Below, one piece after another: positions 59,442 through 64,000 of a stretch of DNA of 64,000 nt. Under the pieces are notes generated by a model. The model was given only the letters and a program-made list of their open reading frames with translations. It was not told where the DNA came from and ran no database searches. Position 1 is the stretch's first letter, and every line of letters starts with the position of its first letter. Where the stretch lies: NCBI GenBank assembly GCA_002069525.1, contig MWBJ01000001.1:21896-85895 (forward strand). The letters run 5' to 3'. A program made the position numbers and the translations under genes. The DNA is from Parcubacteria group bacterium ADurb.Bin305. GTDB lineage: Bacteria > Patescibacteriota > Minisyncoccia > UBA6257.

Positions 59442-59930
59442 ATGATAATTTTAGGAATCGACCCCGGGACAGTAAGAGTAGGTTGGGCGGTGCTAAAAAC
59501 TAAAAAGCAAGGAGAACTTGTTCCGTTAAATTATGGCTGCTGGGAAATAAAAGAAATATCACAAGGACAAAGATTAAACAAAATTGCCACCTTGTTTACT
59601 CAAACACTCAAACAGCACCAACCTCAAGTTTTAGTTTTGGAAAAAGTATTCTTTTTCCAAAACACCAAAACAGCTTTAAGTATCAGTCAAGCTATTGGAG
59701 TTTTGATTTATCTATCACAAAAACATAAAGTTCCCTACCTTGAACTCACTCCGTTAGAAATTAAACAATATCTAGTAGGATATGGCCGAGCTGATAAAAA
59801 AGAGGTGCAAAAGTTAATTCAATGCTATTTTTCTTTTGCAGAACTACCGAAACCAGATGATACAGCTGACGCTTTAGCTGTAGCTTTAGCTGGATTTAAT
59901 AAAATTAAAAACAATAAACTGTCATTTTAA
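59442..59930 (+). CDS. ruvC: crossover junction endodeoxyribonuclease RuvC
   Basis: MIILGIDPGTVRVGWAVL carries the first catalytic Asp. C-terminal DDTADALAVAL. 162 aa. Follows yebC as in many bacteria. Confidence 0.85.
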   Translation: MIILGIDPGTVRVGWAVLKTKKQGELVPLNYGCWEIKEISQGQRLNKIATLFTQTLKQHQPQVLVLEKVFFFQNTKTALSISQAIGVLIYLSQKHKVPYLELTPLEIKQYLVGYGRADKKEVQKLIQCYFSFAELPKPDDTADALAVALAGFNKIKNNKLSF

Positions 59931-60005
59931 AGCTAGGTCGTCGTCTAGCCATTATCTATTCTTAACTAATCACTTCTCTTATAAATATTAAGATAGCACT
60001 CATTT

Positions 60006-62480
60006 ATGAAACTGGCCCATAAATTTCTTTTAATATTATGCTTAATCTTGGCGCTCGGTGGAATATATTTATGGTATTTAAGCAGAGACCTACCAGATCC
60101 TCAAAGTTTTCCGAAAAGAGTAATTCCTCAATCCACTAAAATTTATGATCGCACTGGTAAAGTTTTACTCTATGAAGTTTACCAAGGAGAAAAAAGAACA
60201 GTAATTAGTTGGGATCAGATTTCTCCTTATGTTGTTTACACCACCTTGGCTGCTGAAGATCATACCTTTTATACCCATCATGGTATAGTGTTAAAAAGTG
60301 TTGTCCGAGCTACCCTCCATAACCTCTTGCATCCCGGCAGTTTGCAGGGGGGTTCTACTATTACCCAGCAATTAGCCAGAAATGCTTTCCTCACTGCTGA
60401 TAAAACTATCAATAGAAAATTAAAAGAATTATTATTGACTTTTAGCATAGAAAAAAATTATTCCAAGCAAGAAATTTTGACTATGTATTTAAACCAAATA
60501 CACTTTGGTCATAATGTTTACGGAATAGAAAGTGCCAGTCAATTTTATTTCAACAAACCGGCCAAAAATTTATCATTAAGCGAAAGCGCTTATTTAACCG
60601 CCTTAATCCAAGCACCCAATTATTATAGCCCTTATGGGAACCACAGAGAAGATCTGGAAGTTAGAAAAAATTGGGTCTTATCTCGGGTGGATTTGTTAAA
60701 TTATTTTCCCAAGGATGTAGTAGAAAAAGCTAAACAAGAAAAAGTAGCTTTTGCCCCGCCGAGTTTTGGGATTAAAGCTCCTCATTTTGTTATGTATGTT
60801 AAAGACATTTTAGCCCAACAATATAGTGATGAAGATTTAGAAACTAACGGTTATTCTATTATCACTACTTTGGATATGCGACTGCAGACTATCGCTGAAG
60901 AAGTAGTAAAAAAGTACGGCGACCTGAATGAAAAAAAAGGAGCCCATAATTTAGCTTTAGTTGCTCTTGATCCTAAGACCGGTCAAATTTTAGCCATGGT
61001 TGGCTCTAAGGATTATTGGAATATCGAGGCTGAGGGCAATGTTAATGTGACCACCAGAATACGTCAACCCGGCTCTGCCTTAAAACCAATTATTTATGCC
61101 ACTGCTTTGGAAAAAGGTTATTCAGCAGAAACTATTCTTTTTGACACTGCTTTGAATGGGAGAGCTGCTAACTTTTCTTTAAACCCAACTCAACCTTATT
61201 ATGTTAGTAATTACGATGGTCGCACTAGAGGCCCAGTAACTTTAAGACAAGCCCTCGCTCAATCTTTAAATATTCCCTCAGTTAAATTGTTATATCTAGT
61301 AGGTATCCAAAATGTCTTAGATAATGCGAAAAAATTAGGCATCACTACTTTTACCCAACCAGCGCAACATTATGGTTTATCATTAGTTTTGGGTGGAGGT
61401 GGGGTTACTTTATTAGAACTCACTAATGCCTACTCTACTTTTAATCAAGAAGGATTGTTTCATCCTTACGCTTCTATTTTAGAGATAAAAGACTCTCAAA
61501 GTCACACTTTATCAAAATTAAACCCATCTCATCCTCAACGAGTATTTAGCCAACAAACCAGTCGTTTAATTAGTGATATCTTGTCTGATAATGAAAGCCG
61601 AGCCCCTATTTTTGGATACCAAAGCGCTCTTTATTTTCCTAATATGCAGGTGGCTGTGAAAACTGGAACCGCTGATGAATTTAGGGATTTTTGGGCTATT
61701 GGTTATACCACGTCCTTAACTGCCGGAGTTTGGGTTGGTAATAATGACAGAAGCCCAGCTACTACAGCGAATGCTTTAAGTTCAGAGTTAGCAGCGCCCT
61801 GCTGGCATGAATTTATAGAAAAGGCCAGTCGATATTACCCCAGCTCCACTTTTACGCCTCCAACTCCAACCACCCCACCTAACCCCTTAAAACCTATGCT
61901 AAATGGAAAATATATTAATGACCGGCTGTACAAAAATAAGGTCACTGGGGAATTAAAAACAGTAAAAGAGGTCCATACTATTCTCTATTTTATTAACAAA
62001 AACGATCCGGTGCATGGCTGTCCCGCCCAGCCAACTGATGATGCCCAATTCTATAATTGGGAAATACCAGTATTATTGTGGGCTAAAACCAATATTCCTA
62101 ATTTTGATCAAGAGTATAATCTAAATCCGGGACCCGATTATGAAGCTTTAGATTGCGAGATCTCACAACCGTTAGAACTACCTGAAATTATTGAATTTCC
62201 AGATATTCCTCAAATTACTTTATTAAACCCCCAAGATGGTCAAGGGGTAACTAATGATTTAACAATAGAAGTTCAAATTATAGGCCAATTAGGAGGGAAT
62301 AGGCCTAAAGTATACTTAAATAATAACCTGATAGGAGAGATGGTGGTTAATCCTAATGGTTCTTACTCTTTAATTTTACCGTACTCCCAATTATTATTAG
62401 AGAGTAACCAAATTAAAATAGAAGTGCAGGACCAATATAATCAAGTTAATAGTAAAGTGATAACGATTTTAAAAAAATAG
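60006..62480 (+). CDS. class A penicillin-binding protein (bifunctional glycosyltransferase/transpeptidase, PBP1A-like) with Pro-rich C-terminal extension
   Basis: N-terminal TM. GT51 motifs EDHTFYTHHG and GGSTITQQLAR. Transpeptidase SALK (SxxK), SLN (SxN) and KTGT. About 200-aa C-terminal extension containing TPPTPTTPPNP. Confidence 0.85.
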   Translation: MKLAHKFLLILCLILALGGIYLWYLSRDLPDPQSFPKRVIPQSTKIYDRTGKVLLYEVYQGEKRTVISWDQISPYVVYTTLAAEDHTFYTHHGIVLKSVVRATLHNLLHPGSLQGGSTITQQLARNAFLTADKTINRKLKELLLTFSIEKNYSKQEILTMYLNQIHFGHNVYGIESASQFYFNKPAKNLSLSESAYLTALIQAPNYYSPYGNHREDLEVRKNWVLSRVDLLNYFPKDVVEKAKQEKVAFAPPSFGIKAPHFVMYVKDILAQQYSDEDLETNGYSIITTLDMRLQTIAEEVVKKYGDLNEKKGAHNLALVALDPKTGQILAMVGSKDYWNIEAEGNVNVTTRIRQPGSALKPIIYATALEKGYSAETILFDTALNGRAANFSLNPTQPYYVSNYDGRTRGPVTLRQALAQSLNIPSVKLLYLVGIQNVLDNAKKLGITTFTQPAQHYGLSLVLGGGGVTLLELTNAYSTFNQEGLFHPYASILEIKDSQSHTLSKLNPSHPQRVFSQQTSRLISDILSDNESRAPIFGYQSALYFPNMQVAVKTGTADEFRDFWAIGYTTSLTAGVWVGNNDRSPATTANALSSELAAPCWHEFIEKASRYYPSSTFTPPTPTTPPNPLKPMLNGKYINDRLYKNKVTGELKTVKEVHTILYFINKNDPVHGCPAQPTDDAQFYNWEIPVLLWAKTNIPNFDQEYNLNPGPDYEALDCEISQPLELPEIIEFPDIPQITLLNPQDGQGVTNDLTIEVQIIGQLGGNRPKVYLNNNLIGEMVVNPNGSYSLILPYSQLLLESNQIKIEVQDQYNQVNSKVITILKK

Positions 62481-62590
62481 AGTTTTTTAAACAAAATAGA
62501 GTTTTTTAAACAAAATAGAGTTTTTTAAAAAAATAGAGTTTTTTTAAAAAAATAGAGTTTTTTTAAAAAAATAGAAATTTCTTTAAAAAG
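62474..62590. repeat. tandem direct repeat, ~19-bp unit AAAATAGAGTTTTTTAAAC x6
   Basis: The ATAGAG core recurs at 62478, 62497, 62516, 62534, 62553 and 62571 (spacing 19/19/18/19/18, last copy degenerate). The first copy contains the PBP stop codon. There is no spacer alternation, so this is not CRISPR. Confidence 0.8.
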
Positions 62591-62760
62591 AAAACCTAAA
62601 AAAAATAAAAAACAAAAAATAGAAAAATTAAGTAAGAATAATAACCCAGCAGCACTATGGCTATTATTAAGATAGAGAGCAAAGCGAGTTAAATAAAATA
62701 TTATAAAACCCAAAAACATAACAGCTGTATTTATAAAAATACAGCTGTTATAGTAAAACT

Positions 62761-63063
62761 CTATTGTACTTTAAAAGAAATTCTATTAATTTGTAGCTTA
62801 GGATTATTAGTCTGCTGGATTAAATAATTCTTTATTTCTCCCTCTTCTATTTTTAATTGAGAGGCAATGCTGGAATTTTTACAAATAATCACCAAGTGGT
62901 TTTTAGAATAATTAGCTAAACTCACCCAATCACTAGGCCAATGTTTCACTAAAGCGCAATATTGACCTAAAACCTCCTTTAAATTTCTTTCATTTTCGTA
63001 ACTTTGAAATCCTTTTTTAATAAACCATTGTTTAAATGAATTATTAAGCGCAATAAAAGACAT
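62761..63063 (-). CDS. DUF721/DciA-like protein
   Basis: 100-aa protein directly downstream of dnaN (4-bp gap). The pattern ...WPSDWVSLANYSKNHLVIICKNSSIASQLKIEEGEIKNYL...NRISFKV resembles DUF721, which typically neighbours dnaN/recF/gyrB. Confidence 0.5.
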   Translation of the reverse strand: MSFIALNNSFKQWFIKKGFQSYENERNLKEVLGQYCALVKHWPSDWVSLANYSKNHLVIICKNSSIASQLKIEEGEIKNYLIQQTNNPKLQINRISFKVQ

Positions 63064-63067
63064 AAAA

Positions 63068-64000
63068 TTACATTTTTAACGGCATTAATAAATAAAAGAA
63101 ATCATTTTCTTCTTTGCCTTTTATTAAAATAGGATTGATATCTTTATTTAAACCAATAAAAATTTCTTGATAATTTGTAGAGTTTAAACCATCTAGGAAA
63201 AAACGATAATTTAAATTTATTTCTAAATCATTTTTAGGGCCTTTAATATTAAGAATTGGGCTAATATTGGTAGCTGCACCTAGAGTAGGGTCTTCAGCGG
63301 TAGTAATAATTTGATGCTTAGTAGGTGAAAAAATAAATTTAACATTATTAATTTTACCGCTAAAAAGGCCGCTTAATTTAACAGCTTCAATTAAATCTTC
63401 TTTTGGGGTAATAATTTCATACTCAAAACTTTGAGGAATAATAGCAGAATAATTCGGATATTGAGCGTTCATTAATTGAGAAATTAATCTAAGATCACCT
63501 AAATTAAATTGAACCTGATTAATTTCTGGTATTATTTCTATTAATTCAGTTTCATTATTATTTTCAGCAATTAATCTTAATAATTCTTGGATTACTTTTA
63601 ATGGTATTATTAAAGAGATGTCATTAGTAATATTGGTTTTATAATTATCCTTAGTAATAATTTTTTCGGCTAACCGAAAACTATCAGTACCTACAAGCCT
63701 TAAATTATTTTTTTCTAATTTCAGAAAAACCCCATTTAATTCAACTTTGGAGGAAACATTATTGATAGCCGGAATAACTTGCTCTAAACTTTGTTGAAAT
63801 TTTATTTTATTTATCGAAATATATTTATCGGACTTAATATGAGGTATAATAGGAAAATCTTCAATATTAAACCCTTGAAACATTACACTATGTTTACCAT
63901 CTTCGACTTTTAAATTTTGACCATCTTGAATTAAATTAATCTTTTCTTCAGATAGGTTACTTAAAAAATTATTAAACACTTTAGCAGGTATAACCACTTC
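63068..64000 (-). CDS. dnaN: DNA polymerase III beta subunit (sliding clamp), N-terminally truncated by the window edge
   Basis: The ORF runs to the window end. ~310 aa of three-domain clamp-like sequence. Context: DUF721 and gyrB lie nearby. Confidence 0.75.
   Translation of the reverse strand, partial: EVVIPAKVFNNFLSNLSEEKINLIQDGQNLKVEDGKHSVMFQGFNIEDFPIIPHIKSDKYISINKIKFQQSLEQVIPAINNVSSKVELNGVFLKLEKNNLRLVGTDSFRLAEKIITKDNYKTNITNDISLIIPLKVIQELLRLIAENNNETELIEIIPEINQVQFNLGDLRLISQLMNAQYPNYSAIIPQSFEYEIITPKEDLIEAVKLSGLFSGKINNVKFIFSPTKHQIITTAEDPTLGAATNISPILNIKGPKNDLEINLNYRFFLDGLNSTNYQEIFIGLNKDINPILIKGKEENDFFYLLMPLKM

Noticed and set aside
62474-62590. Possible CRISPR array (regular short direct repeats)
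   Set aside because: The repeats are contiguous at an 18-19 bp period with no intervening unique spacers. The units are AT-homopolymer-rich rather than palindromic CRISPR repeats. No cas genes are present in the window.
62525-62719. 64-aa Phe/Leu-rich ORF on the minus strand
   Set aside because: It overlaps the A/T tandem repeat, so its hydrophobic poly-F/L composition is a by-product of translating A-tracts. No start context is present, and it lies between convergent gene ends.

Overview
This AT-rich, gene-dense window contains almost entirely housekeeping genes, many of them short, and looks like a reduced genome, possibly Patescibacteria/CPR-like (inference). It uses the standard genetic code. 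Core genes recognisable from motifs include glyQS, ligA, mraY, a D-Ala-D-Ala carboxypeptidase, scpAB, queA-tgt-queH, murC, trxB, gatA, an ECF-type sigma factor, yvcK-like, leuS, thrS, an ABC-2 exporter pair, trpS, recO, tsaD, valS, hsp20, gyrA, gyrB, pheST, yebC, ruvC, a class A PBP, a DUF721/DciA-like gene and the 3' part of dnaN at the right edge. Three tRNAs were found by hand-folding: Gly-UCC, Glu-UUC and Leu-UAG. The accessory content is: (i) a type IV pilus block (pilT-pilC-pilin-pilD plus three prepilin-type pseudopilins and a small TM protein); (ii) a tandem triplet of small signal-peptide plus two-TM proteins sharing an AGFTYxTAGG..ERIKLA motif, with TrbC/VirB2-like (T4SS pilin-like) topology; (iii) three secreted or membrane-anchored hypothetical proteins at the left end, one a modular Cys-rich, Pro-rich, poly-acidic protein; (iv) a 582-aa membrane-anchored protein built of five internal beta-rich repeats; (v) a sortase plus an MBL-fold hydrolase inserted between gyrB and gyrA; (vi) a roughly 300-bp GC-richer mosaic of short direct and inverted repeats downstream of scpA; and (vii) a 19-bp x6 tandem repeat between a PBP and the DUF721-dnaN block. 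I found no CRISPR array, no obvious defence or toxin system and no mobile element. The candidate undescribed system is the VirB2-like pilin triplet, possibly working with the T4P block.
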